Below are positions 47,558 to 62,135 of a stretch of DNA of 64,000 nt, piece by piece; the stretch's first letter is position 1; each line of letters starts with the position of its first letter. The stretch covers positions 74,090,001 through 74,154,000 of the forward strand of contig OZ024741.1 in NCBI GenBank assembly GCA_964016885.1, read 5' to 3'. Source of the stretch: Eledone cirrhosa. Lineage: Eukaryota. The translations under genes were made by a program, and so were the position numbers. The notes under the pieces are model-generated. The model did not search any database and had not been told where the DNA came from. It saw only the letters and a program-made list of their open reading frames with translations.

Positions 47558-47720
47558 TAAAGAAATATAAAGTAAAATTTTGTAAAAAAAAAGGAACAAA
47601 TGTGTGTATATTTATATATATATATGTATGTGTGTAGATATATGTATATACAAGTGCAAATATATTCATATATAAATGCATATATATATATATTTATATA
47701 TGGATGTACGCATGTGTTTG

Positions 47721-47752
<32 letters not shown>

Positions 47753-48084
47753 CACACACATATATATAAACTAAATATATGTGTTAATATGTGTGCATGC
47801 ATGTATTATAAACTCACAGATATGTATACATGGCATGTATATAGAAAGGGATTGTCAATGAATATCAATCACAATAAAGAAGAAAAATACTTGCAGCTTA
47901 TTTACCAAATAGATAGATATCCATTCGTAAAGGTTTAATAAGGATTGCTTACTGTTTTGTTATTTACAACAAGGTACAAATGGTGCATTAATGTCATATC
48001 CCGTGTAGTCAATATAGAGGATATTCAGCTAAATCGCAGTTGGAGAAAAATAAAATCATGATGGCTCAAATATGACATTCTAAA

Positions 48085-48154
<70 letters not shown>

Positions 48155-48332
48155 ATATGGAGATATAGCATGGATAAAGAGAGTAAATGATGATCAGGAC
48201 ATATATGGACATAAATATGTGTTTTATATATATATAAAACGTAAACCTATGTATGAATATATATATATAAAGATAGCAGTAATAATAAATACAGAGACCA
48301 AAATCCAGTGAGGATTGAATAAGGGTTGTGTG

Positions 48333-48366
<34 letters not shown>

Positions 48367-48480
48367 TATATATATATGTATAAACCCGTAGGGCAAATAT
48401 TTATTATTAGCATCGATTAAAATTTCTGCTTTCACCCTATTGAGATATAGCATGAATAAGGATGTTAAATGATGATGATG

Positions 48481-48511
<31 letters not shown>

Positions 48512-48779
48512 CACATATATACACATATAACACAAACCTAAAAATATATATACATACATGTATATATATATATGTAAATATATATATATACACATATATA
48601 TATATATATACTTATACGTATATATACATACATATATATATATATGTATAGATACATATATATATAGATACATATATATATATATATATACATATATACA
48701 TACATATATATACACACACACACAACCATATATATAGATACATACATACATATATATAAATATACACACATATATATAG

Positions 48780-48971
48780 TAATAACTGTTTCTACTTTTG
48801 GCACAAGGCCAGCAATTACCCAGTGCATTACTGGTACTTTATTTTATCGACCCCGTAAGGATCAAAGGCAAAGTTAACCTCGGCGGGATTTGAACTCAGA
48901 ATGGCAAAGGCCGTAACTCTATGTGTCAAAGCATGGCATCCGACTCTCTACCGATACTGCCAATCCATCGC

Positions 48972-48975
<4 letters not shown>
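48780..48975 (-). mobile_element. tRNA-derived SINE family B (many copies, e.g. 32790-32945 +, 34560-34960, 37405-37630, 38760-38975, 62590-62990)
   Basis: Recurrent GAGTTCAAATCCCGCCGAGGTTAACTTTGCCTTT(C/G)ATCC..GTCGATAAAATAAAGTACCAG..TTGTGCC..AGAAACA motif with a B box. Confidence 0.72.
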
Positions 48976-49019
<44 letters not shown>

Positions 49020-49487
49020 ATATTTGTTTCGACTATTGGCACAAGGCCAGCAATTACCCAGTACATTACTATATATATATATATAGTAATAATAATAATA
49101 AATTTGAAGACTAAAATCCAAAGAGGGCTTGAAATATTTACTTCTGCTTCACAGATTGATTTTTTTAGATTCAGAAGATCCCGTTAAGGGTGAAAGCAGT
49201 GATTCTTTGCTTAAACTTTAATCTGTTATTTTAATAAATATATATATATATATATATATATGTACATATATATAAAAAAGGATGAAGTTTTGTTTACATG
49301 CATATATATATATATATATTTATTTTATTAAGGCTAAATAGTGACTCATATTACTCTGGAGTTTTCCAAAGCATTGTGATAATATATTGATTGATTTCAA
49401 ATGATTAAAATTCTCAAACATGGCGTATAAAAGAATTAAAACGGTGTTTTATTTATAAGATATACACACACACATATATATATACAC

Positions 49488-49532
<45 letters not shown>

Positions 49533-49616
49533 AAAGATATATATTTATTTTATATATATATATGTATAAAAGATATATATATTTATTTTTTATATATATA
49601 TATGTAAAAGATATAT

Positions 49617-49651
<35 letters not shown>

Positions 49652-49687
49652 CCATTTTATATATATATATATATGTAATAGATATAT

Positions 49688-49750
<63 letters not shown>

Positions 49751-50260
49751 GAAATATATATATATTACATATAAAAAATATATGTATATATACTACACCC
49801 GGATATGTCTCTGTAAACAATAACTCTCTACGCCAGTGAGCCATGGTGTCAAAATCCTGGTTTGAAAGACTTCGCCAGGTGGTGCTATTAGGTTAAAGAT
49901 GGCCTGGGCCAATACTGGCCGAAACCTATCAAAGTTATCTGCCAGATGGCTGGAACAGGTAAAAGAGTAAAAGAGTGTATATATAACAACAAAAAAAAAA
50001 AAAATATATATATATATAATATATATAATATATATATAATATATAAAATATATACATATATATAATATATAAAATATATATATATAATATAATCTATATA
50101 TAATATATAATATATATCATCATCTTTTATATATATATATATAGAAAAAAGATAGAGAAAGAAATAAAAAAGGAAAAAAATATATTTTTCTTTCTAATAA
50201 TCATCTCTTTCTCTGTTTTCATACATATATATATGTATATTTTATATATATATCTTTTAT

Positions 50261-50291
<31 letters not shown>

Positions 50292-50341
50292 CATCAAATA
50301 TATATATATATAAAATATATATATATATACATATAATATAT

Positions 50342-50412
<71 letters not shown>

Positions 50413-50438
50413 CATATAAATATATACATATAATATAT

Positions 50439-50497
<59 letters not shown>

Positions 50498-51244
50498 TAT
50501 ATATACATATAAATATATATATATATATATATACATACACATATATATATACATATAAATATATATATATATAAAATATTATTATGACTATATATATATG
50601 TATATATATATATAAAATATTTATATGTATACATATATAATATACATATATAGATTAGGGGTTACCAGTTTAGTCTAGTAAGACTAATGTTCAGCTAATA
50701 CTCAATACTTGGTAGAAGACGGTAAGTATGGTGATATATATATTTAAAGTGCTAGAAAATTTAACAATTCATGAACATTTGGTAATTGCATTCACTTTGA
50801 GAGGCTGCTGTTGGGTTCAGATTGACGGCGAAAAAAATCAGAAACACATAAATATTTATACATACACACATGTATATATATATACACATATATATATTTA
50901 TATACAAATATATACATATATACACATATTCATATATAAGTTTATATACATATATATATATGTACATATATTTATATATATTTATATACAAATATATACA
51001 CATATTGATATATAAGTATATATACACATATACATATATACACACATAAACGTGGTTGGTGTTAGGAAGGGCATCCAGCTGTAGACAACCCGCTAGACAG
51101 TACTATATATATATGTATATATATATACATATATATACTTATACATATATATATATATATATAGTTAATTTATTTGGCAAACAATGTTTATCATGGACTG
51201 ACCCACGGTTAAAATACAGATATAAATATATATATATAGTCTAA

Positions 51245-51284
51245 CAAAGTTCTTTCGTTGCACATCTGCAACATCATCAGTGGT
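51245..51284 (-). ncRNA. Candidate minimal hammerhead ribozyme inside palindrome 51162-51547
   Basis: rc reads ACCA-CTGATGA-T-GTTGCA-gatg-TGCAAC-GAAA-GAAC-TT-TG; covariant stem II relative to the 39351 copy. Confidence 0.6.
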
Positions 51285-51399
51285 ACTATTATCACCTTTC
51301 CTCCTATTGTCTTGTATTGTAATGTTCTCATCTACAATACAACACAATAGGAGGAAGCATGATAATAGTACCACTGATGTGCAACGAAAGAACTTTGTT

Positions 51400-51493
<94 letters not shown>

Positions 51494-51701
51494 ACTGTAT
51501 TTTTAGTCAGTCAAGGATAAACATTGATTGCCAAATAAATTAACTATGGAGATATAAAAGATACAGAAACAAAAACCAACCAAACTGTGAGTGTGTTCTG
51601 TTATTATTTCTGGTAATATTATTACAACAATATGACCCTCCCCGAGTATAACAATATTTGTTTCGACACACGATTTCATATAAAAAACCTTACAAAACAA
51701 A

Positions 51702-51732
<31 letters not shown>

Positions 51733-51907
51733 ATATGTATATATACATATATATATATACATATATTTATACATACATATATTTATACATATACATATAA
51801 ACACACACATATATATACACATATAAACACACACACATAATATATATATGTATACACACTCACACATATATATACATATACATATATATATACACCCATA
51901 CATATAT

Positions 51908-52320
51908 ATATTGTTATTCTTTGAGAGGGTCATGTGTTAATAAAAACACACAGCAGTTGGTTTTCACTTCAATTTACCATCAATTTCCGACTGGTTAGTT
52001 GGTTGGTTGGTTTGATAACCGGATGGTTGTTTATATACTATGAAAGCTTTTTCGTCACACATTCTGTGACCTCTTCAGTGACTGGGTTTTTATTTTGTGT
52101 CTCTCCTTTGTTGTGTCCTACACCATCTTGTAACGAAAGAGTTTTGGCAATATATAAACAACCATCCGGTTATTAAACCAACCAATCGGAAATTTCTAAT
52201 AAATTCAAATGGAAACCAACAGGTGCGTGTGTTTTTATTAGCAGCATGACCTTCCGAAAGTATAACAATATCTGTTTCAACACACGTTTTCAGATAAGAA
52301 ATCTTGCAAAACAAATTAAA
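51908..52320. mobile_element. Older palindromic copy of the 39039 family
   Basis: Same arms and tail, more diverged; hammerhead motif on minus strand at about 52040-52085. Confidence 0.6.
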
Positions 52321-52637
52321 AAATAATATATATATATATATACACATATATAAAAGACCATATATATATACATACACACACACATATATATATAGATATA
52401 CACACACATATATATATATACATATACACACATATATATATATATATACATACATATACACACATATATATATATATACATATACACACACACACATATA
52501 TATACATACACACACATATATATATCATCATCATCTTGGTTTAACGTCCATTTTCCACGCTAGCATGGGTTAGACATACACACAGACATATATATACATA
52601 CACACACATATATATATACATACATATATATACACAC

Positions 52638-52668
<31 letters not shown>

Positions 52669-52669
52669 T

Positions 52670-52756
<87 letters not shown>

Positions 52757-54527
52757 GGCCCTTCTTCCAAGGTGATGATGGTTGCAAAGCCTGAACAAAT
52801 ATTGAACTAAATAGCTTGCTGCAGTAAAGTATATTTCCTAACATAGAAGATTTTGCCATAAACAGTGTTCACTTTAAGTAAAATATGATTGAAGGCATTG
52901 AATTGGTAGAGTCGTTAGAATGACAGATAGAATGCTTTGCAGTTTTCATTTTGGCTCTCTGTGCTCTGGGTTGAAATCACATCGAGGTTAACTTTGCCTT
53001 TTATCCTCTGGAAGAAAGCTATGTTTTGACCTTGAGAGGGATGGGCTCTGTTAGGCTTAAATGTCACAATGATGCCCCTATGACTCCCCTAGAAGTTAAA
53101 AAATGGAAAAAGAAGATGGTTTTTTTGGAAATTGTTTTCAAGTTCTTTTAAATTGTCTTTAACACTTGCTGGCACTGTTTTTCTGTTGGGTGTTTTAATA
53201 CTTTTGATACTAAACCATCCAAAATTATAAAGCTTTCATATTTATCTGTAATCCTTCCATCATAATTTAATGTGAAGAACCTTTATTAAGTAATGTTCCA
53301 AATGCTAGCATAATAATGAGAAAGTTATATTCTAAATCTCTCCAAATTCTTGATTATTCTTAAAATGATTTTGAAACATGTTAATGATTGGGTTAAAGAT
53401 AATTTATATCTATACAGTTAAAGTTTAAATTAAAGTTGGCTCCAAGTTCTGAGGCTCATCAGGCCAGAGTTTATCCTAGTTTCCTTGGCATTACATGTCT
53501 GTGAGTACAGAAATCCCCTTTAGATGGGAATGCACGTTTATAACAGGGTTAATCTTTAGCTGCTGCTTGTACTCCTTTCTTTTCAGCTGAGTGGACTGGT
53601 GCAATGATAAGTGAAGTGTTTTGTTCAAGGATACAATGCACCACCCAGGCCAAAAATCAAGCCATGATCTCAGGAGTCAAACATCCTAACCATCTACACA
53701 TAAAAGAATCAAGGTAAATTGACAAGGGAAACAACAAGAGCAACAACCTCTTTGTAGTTACTTGGCAAATTTCTTTCAAATTGTAGTCACTGTTTTCAAT
53801 AAGAAATAGATAGACATTAGACAAAATATTTCTACATAATCTGAAAATGATAGGATGGCCATGTCTGGTATGCCTTTGATCATAGGTTTGCTTGACCAGG
53901 GTTGTTATGGAGCTAAAGAACAAAAATATCTCAGAGAAAGTGTCTGGAATTAAGCCGTTCATGACTGTATTTATAATGAAATACATTCTATTTTCATTAA
54001 TTATTTCCTTAAGATATCAATTTAAAATATGGCTTTTATATAACATTATGTTGGAAGATTTTAATTTCAATAGGAACTTTTTAAAATTGGGGACTTTGTA
54101 TCATAGAACCAAAGGCAGGTTTGACCAGATTGGTATCAAAAGGGTTAACCAAGGGGTCCTCTGTAATGGACTGTTTAGTAGACAATTAGGTTTTGTGACA
54201 AGATACTATTGGAGAAAATTCAAAGAATATTATTTTGTGAAAAATAAATTTCCAGCATCAAAAAAAAACTATTTACTTTGGTTGAATTTTAAAAAATGTT
54301 AGAATAAAAATATATTCTTTAATGACATTTATACCACCTTATACATAGATAATATACATGTATTTGTGAGTATAAGTGTGTGTGTGTATATACATATATA
54401 TATATTTAATGGATATATATGTAGTGGCTGCTGGCCACATTTTTCATCTATAGAGGTACTGTGCCCAATTTTATAAGCTGTGTTCACAGCTATCTTCCTG
54501 CATTCAATATTTTCTAACTACGCACAA

Positions 54528-54621
<94 letters not shown>

Positions 54622-57600
54622 ATGTAGTTTTAAAAGACAGTCTGGAGAAAACTATGAGTAAATGTCACTTTTTTTTATATAAAATATATTTATTTGACTT
54701 TACATCTTGTTTTTCATTCTATATAAGATACAGTAAACAATATTTAACATACACTTGTATGTTAAGCACCTACACAATATGATACACATACACATATATA
54801 TATATTGTATGTGTGTGTGTATATGTATTTTTATGAGAAAGTCTTTGATAGGGCATCATGGTCAGTTGCTTGTGATCAGTAAGAAAACTAGGTATAGATG
54901 AATGGCTGGCAAAACCTATATGCAAGATGTCTTAATGGAAATCTAAACCTAATAAATATGAAAATTCTTATGAGGAAGAAGGAAAACAAAATTCTACTGC
55001 CATCTGGAAGTGGCCACAAAAATGTGCAGAAAATAATTACATAAGAATACTATATGGTGTACCAAGTATAAACTATAGGTGCATAATAGATGCATTGGAA
55101 TCATAGGCAAGCTGACAAAGAACAACTTCCACAGATACTAAATGAACATGGGTAATTTAATTAGAAAGAAGAACACCCATTAAATAAATTCTTTCAAATG
55201 CCTGCATGGCTCTATAGAAGTTATTTTATAGTTTACGTTACCTTGATGAACAAAATTAGCAGTGGACAAGGGTGTTATGAAAGCATAGCAGCCAAAGAAA
55301 AAAATGGGGTAGAAAAAGTTCAAGGTGCTGTTACCTCTGCTGGCAACAAAGGCATTTTCTCTCTCTGATCAAAAGGTTGATTGCAAGATGCATGTGTATG
55401 AAGTTTGACATTGCATAGTAACAAAACATGGGTATTTAATGTGGCAGATATATGCAGGTTGGAAACAAATGAAACAGTTTTAGGAAAAAACATGTCCTCT
55501 CTCTGAGTAAAGAACATATTTTACAATGAATTTTTAGGAAGTGTGATGTTGTATGGTGGCAAAACATGGGCATTGAATGGAGAGGATGTGTGATGGATAG
55601 AAAGAAATGGGACAGGCAAGCTCCATTAGATGTGTAATGCATGATAGTAGTGCATGATAGAAGGAGTAATAATGAACTGAGAGAAAAACTGGATATAAGA
55701 AAAATCTTCTGCAGTGCGCAAGATAGAAGACTGAGCTGGTACAGATATGTGATGCATATGGAGGGTGAAAGTTAAGTAAAGAAGTGCTATGTGATCCAAG
55801 TAGATGGGTCATGTGATAGATAGAGACATTGGACTTCAACAAGTGATGAGACACTGTGCTGGAGAAGAACCATTTAACCCATGCAAGTATGGAGAAATAA
55901 ATATAGAATCCAATGTTAAAATCTTTCTCCCTCACACTCTCTCTCTATATATATATATCATCATCATTTTTTATGGTGGCATAGGATTTTGAGACAACGT
56001 TCTATGGTTGAATGCCCTTTCTAAAATCAACACTTTTAGCTACCTCTTATGACATGTAAAGAAATGGTATATCACGAAGAATACATATGTAGCCTTAGAT
56101 ATACAAATTTTGAAGAACAACAAAACAATTAAATGGTCATGACTGGGATACCTTTGATAAAAGGTCTGGTTGGTCAAGACGTCCCCGGTCTATATTTTGT
56201 GGCACAAAAACAGAAAGGTGCTCAATACTTGTTGCGTAAGAAGTATGTAGAGTTTACAACAACGAGAATCATTTCAAGGCAATTTTCACAGCTAAAGTAA
56301 GGGTTAGACAGGTTTCTTACACATCATACACAGCATGAAACACCTGGCATTGATTCATAGCTATAACAAAATTTACATCACCTACCCATTTATTGATTTC
56401 TGTTTCTCCTATTTGAACAGCTAAACTTGTGTGTGTGTGTGTGTATGTGTAATGTATATATATATATATATATATATGAAACCAGGGTTATATATTGAAT
56501 TATATACAAAATGTTCATGTAAAGTAAACGTCCTTGCAGCCTAGCTGTGAATTTTAAAAGCTGTGATCATGTCACTACTATTTTTAGAAACAAAGAGAGA
56601 CCACTCTGAAGGTACCGATTCTGGTTCCGATATATATATATATTTATTAGTGTTAGGAAGGGCATCCAGCTGTAAAATACTCAGCCAAATTTACTGTCCT
56701 TGCCGGAGCAAGGTGTGACATAGCCAACCATGGCCAGACTTACCTCCTGGCATGGACGACCCGTCTAACCCATGCAAGCATGAACGAATTGACGCTAAAT
56801 GGAAATGATGATATATATATACATATATAAATTTCTTTGGTAGTGTACAGAATAATATATTCATAAAGTATAATTGTCAAAAGTAATAAAACATTGTTTA
56901 TTACTTGAATCAAGAAATACAATAATAAAATGTATAATTTGAATCTAGTGATTTCACCTTTCATGAGACTTATCAAGATATAAATCTAGTTGTTATTAAA
57001 ATGATATGTGTTTCATAATTTCTGACAATTATTCTTTATAAATAAAGTCATTAATTCTGTTTTTTTCTGAAAATGTTTACATTTAAAAAAAAAAAAGATA
57101 GAAAGAAAAAAATGTTAGTGGGTTTATGTGCCAGTGGGTGCATATGTAGGGTAGGGTGGGGTGGGGGGTAACATGAGTTTCCTGGTTTCAAAAAAGAGGG
57201 AGTAAATTTAAATTTTTTCTTTTAAAGAATATCATTGAATTAGTTAATCAAACATAGTTTACAAGAATGTAAGTGATCGCTCAAAGAAGAAAAAAATCAT
57301 TTTATTTTGCTTATATATATATAGTAATAATAATAAATTTGAAGACTAAAATCCAGAGGGCTCGATAAGGATAAATATATATCAAATATATAAGAACCGT
57401 AGAGCAAATATTTATTAAAATAACAGATTCCGTTAAAGAAGATCAGAAGATCCCGTTAAGGGTGAAAGCAGAAATTCTTTGCTTAAACTTTAATCTGTTA
57501 TTTTAATAAATATATATATATATATAGAGAGAGAGAGGTATGGTCCCAATGAAGGGCCCACTCAGTTTCACCTCATTATCAAGCCTAATAAGCAAACATA

Positions 57601-58274
57601 AAATATAGATGATGAAGTATATATATATTATATATATATAGTTAATTGTAGGGACCTTTTTAAAACATTACTTCGAAAAGGATCCTATGATGAGTAAGAT
57701 GCCTACCACAAGGTCTGCAATACTGACTCCTGCTTTATCAGAGAAATGCTTGTTTCATTCTGTTTAGGTATAGTGAACTGAATAAAAAGTGCTGAAAAGC
57801 ATTTACAACATTAACTAGATTTTGAATTCATAAACTTAGAGAAATTATCAAAGTTTAACTTTGTAGTCTGCTCTTTATATGGTTTCACTGTGATTGTTCT
57901 ACATAAAGGTTATTTGTTGTTAGTTACATATTTGAAACATCAATTGAGATATAAGGTCTTTAAAAGTCAGGAGGTTGATGCCATGCCATGACAGGGGCCC
58001 TTTACTCCTGATTGACACCATTGTAAAATATGGCATGTCTTCAACATTTTAAACCTGAGAGAGCCCATCGCTCTCAACGTCAGAACACAACCAATTTTCC
58101 CAGTGAAAGAAAGAGAGGTTTTCTGAAAAGGAATTAAGAAAGAGAGATATATGAAGTATCTGTCCCAGTACTGGTTCTTTATATATATATCGACTTTGAC
58201 AGGACTTAATCTCAATACCCTGATAGAATAAATATTGCAAAGCATTCTATTCAACATTCTATGCCCCCACACCC

Positions 58275-58553
58275 CCCACTGCAATGTGGTTGTGGAGGTG
58301 CCACGGCAAAAAAGCACCCAGCCCACACTGTAAAGTGGACGTGTAGGCGCCATGAAAAAGCACCCAGCACTCACTGTAAATGAGGTTGGTGTTAGGAAGG
58401 GCATCCAGCTGTAGAAATCAAGCCAGATCAGTTCCTGTATGAGCAAGGCATGGTCAGCCGACCAGACACTGCCCACAACAAGACAACCTGTCTAACCCAT
58501 GCTAGCGTGGAAGAACGGACGTAAAACGATGATGATGATGATGATGATGATGA
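58275..58553 (+). mobile_element. SINE family A copy
   Basis: Body and (GAT)n tail match 40720-40978. Confidence 0.75.
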
Positions 58554-61500
58554 TTCTAACACCTCTGCCAAGTGGCTGCCTATTCTATCAGATGGAAGTC
58601 TGATAGAATATGGCAAAGAATATACTACTAAGAGAAATGGTGATATGGTTATTATGAAAGAACAAAGAACTATGGCAAAGAAGAAAAAAAGAAAAAAAGG
58701 CACAGGGATTAGAGGAGTTCTTTGAAATTAAGCGATTAGGAAGGATATATCAAGAAGGCCATGGGTGTTTTTTTTTAGCTTTGTTATGTTATTCTTTGAG
58801 AATTAAAGAAGCTAGTCCAAAGCCTACATGTGTATATGTGTTTGTGTGCATGGATGTGTATCTATATGTACACACACACATATATCATGCTCCCATAACT
58901 GTTGCAGCCAAGTGATGGGTGTCACTCTAGACATTTTGGTAGTCAGTATGCAGGATGATGACAGTCATGTAACACTGTGTGTGTGTGTGTGTGTGTGTAC
59001 ATTTGGATTTGGGGAGGTTAAATCTCAACTGCATCCTGATGACAAGATGGTGAAATCATTGCTGCAGAGAATAGCCAGAGATACTTGGTGCATCAGCCAT
59101 TCCACCTCACAGGGTTCTTTCCCTGTGTGAGATGCCCTCCTCCTGATTTGATGAAGGAAAACAGTAGTCCAAGGACAAAAGATACTGGGGCCCTTGATGG
59201 CAACTGGCACAAAAAGGAAATGGCCAGTCAATAATTGAAGGGGAATTGTTTACAATACAGAATATAAAAAGAAAAAAAACAAACAAAAAAACCCCTGACC
59301 AAAACAGAATCAATGAAATTTTGATGAACAATAACAATGAATATCAACGTGGACCCTCCACAAAATGTCAAACTTAGAAAAATAAAATAAAAAACAAGAA
59401 TAAAACAAAAGTAAATGAAAATTGATAAATGGAGTAAAACAAATAATTTGTTAGAATTAAATTTCAGTAATCGGGTATATAGTTATGAATATGAGTAATA
59501 TATATATATGTATATCACATATATGTAGACCACCACCTATTAAAAAAATGAACAAAACATGATAATATAAATGGAGAAACTTTTTAAAAGAACACCCACA
59601 CCAAAAAAATATATATATAATAATAAAAAATAAGTAAAGGAACCCCAACTATCTCCCATCACCACAATAAATAAATAAAATAAAATAAAATAAAATAAAA
59701 CGTAATAATGGAAAATGAAAAATATAATATTAAAAAAAATATTTCAGCAGATTTTTTCAATGGCAATTTTCATTTCAAAATCAGTTTCATCTGAAAGATT
59801 TTAAGTCTGTAATGGCACTAAAGAAAAAAAAAAGAAGAAAAAATACAAATACAGTGAGCTTGCATCTTAGGCAGTCTATTGGTTTCTAAATTCACCTCCA
59901 TGTTATTCAAAACCCACATATGTTTAAAACCTTTACATAAAAGTGTCTATGTATGTTGATTTTTTTGAAAGAGAGGCATAATGTCAGTTTTCTTTAGGAA
60001 TTGAGAAAACTCAGGAAAAGACTAACAGTAGTGGGTTAGACTTTTCTTTCTTATATTAAGTGATAGTTTGTTACATGAAACTGGATATTTAGATTGATTT
60101 TTAGATTTTTCCCTTATATTAGGTGAGATGGCTTCATGTGGAACAGGATGTGAATAATTTTACAGAATTTTTTGAAGTTTTAAAAAAATATTTTCTGACC
60201 ACATATGATGCAGGTTTCACTCTTCAGTATATAGCTGTTTGATTGTGTAGCAAATTATCACCGCAACTGAATCGATTTTGGGGACGTTTTGATATATCTC
60301 AAACTTTTAACATCTAAATTTCCAACACCTAAATTTCTATACAGCATAGAAAAAAGTTGTCTCTTTTCAGTATATACACACACACACACACACATACTGT
60401 ATGCATAGGAAGAAGCAGGGTGGGTATAGTAGAAGGTCAAAACGGTTGGGTTTTCACCTCTCTCTCGCTTGCTCTTTCTTTCTCTCTCAATATATATATA
60501 TGTATGTACACATATATATACATACACATAATATACTATAAATATATGCATATATATATTCATATAGTTACACATAGTATATAAATTATATATATACATA
60601 TATATTATTCAAATGCAAATAATATTCTGCAACAAATCATTTTTATTGCTTGAATGCAAAAATTGTTGTACAAATGTAAAACTGTAAAGAATTGCTAGAG
60701 CTTGCCCAAGCTTTCAATTTTGTCATTCGTTTCCTTATAAGAAGGTAGTAGTCGTTGTTGTGGTGACCATTCCTTGCTGTTGACAATGATCATCACTCTT
60801 TTGCCCTGTTGTGGATTCACTGATGGTTGAATATCCAAGTCTTCTTTATTCATTTGTCATAAGAGTATAAGGACTTGAAGTATGAAGAATTGATTAATAA
60901 TGGGTGGTTATAAGGTTAAAATTATAATCAGAATATTATTTAGTTCTTAAAATGTTACTTAAAACAACCACAAGTAAATTAACTCTTCTGAAAAAGAAAC
61001 AGAAGAATATATATGAATATCTCTTATTATTAAGGATCTGTCAATAATTATTAAGTTTACTTAGAAAGAAATTATTTAGGAGCTGATAAAAGCAGGAAGA
61101 TTGGGAACATATTTAGGCACATTTGTTTTATTAGCAGGTTTAGCAAAACAGTTAATGGAGGCAGACAGAGACATTCATGGGTTGTTTACTGATATAACAC
61201 TTGTTAACAATTATATATATATACATACACACACATATATGTGAATAGTGGCTGGAGTTCGCTGAAGCAAATTCAATGACCTTCGTAAACTATGTATGTA
61301 CATATCATCATCATCATCATCATCAACGTTTAACGTCCGTGTTCCACGCTTGCATGGGTTTGGACGGGGGTTTTCCCACTTGAGTCAAGAGTGATTATCT
61401 TGCTCGCATAGGACTGTCTGGCAGGTTTTCTACAGCTGGATGCCCTTCCTAACACCAACCACATTTACAGTGTGGGTCTGGGAGGTTTTTACCGTGTTGC

Positions 61501-61697
61501 CTACACGGCCACATTACAGCGTGGACTGTGTGTTTTTTTGTCGTGACACCTACACGATCTCATTTGTTTCGGCCTGGATGGTGTGGCACCAACATAACTT
61601 TACATAGAAGGGGGCGGTGTGGATGGGGTGGGGGTGGTGGGACGAGGGTGTATTTTGTTAGAGATGCCTACTGACTGTAGTAGGTTTTACTTTGTAT

Positions 61698-62135
61698 TTA
61701 GGTAAGGCGGGTCTTCTCTATTACTGAGTACCGCCAAAGGTCTCGGTCCAGTGACATTGTCTTGGTGAGGTGTAAGTGTGTGAGGTCAGAGTTTATCAAC
61801 TCGTCCCAGGTTTTTCTGGGTCTGCCTATTCCGTGGCTACCGTCTATCTTTATTGCCCTGCACTTTGTTATACAGCTATCGTCCTTCATGCGCATCACGT
61901 GACCATACCAACGTAGCCTTCTCTCTAGTAAACAACATCTGATCCCTCTTATTTCTAATTTTTTCCTTAGTTCGTTTATGCTTTGTCGTTCACGTATATT
62001 ACTATTACACATCCAGCGGAGCATGCAAGCTTCGTTTCTCTCTAGTCTGCGTATATCCTCTGCACACAATGCCCAGGTCTCACTGCCATGCAACATTGCT
62101 GTTCGTATGCAGGCATCGTACAGCCTGCCTTTCAT
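61698..62135 (-). mobile_element. RTE-type LINE 3' fragment
   Basis: 145-aa ORF MKGRLYDACIRTAMLHGSETW..RRLRWYGHVMRM..GRPRKTW. Confidence 0.82.

Noticed and set aside
60697-60853. Short minus-strand ORF (about 52 aa, MNKEDLDIQP..)
   Set aside because: No recognisable homology or splice support; in-frame stops in the alternative frame.
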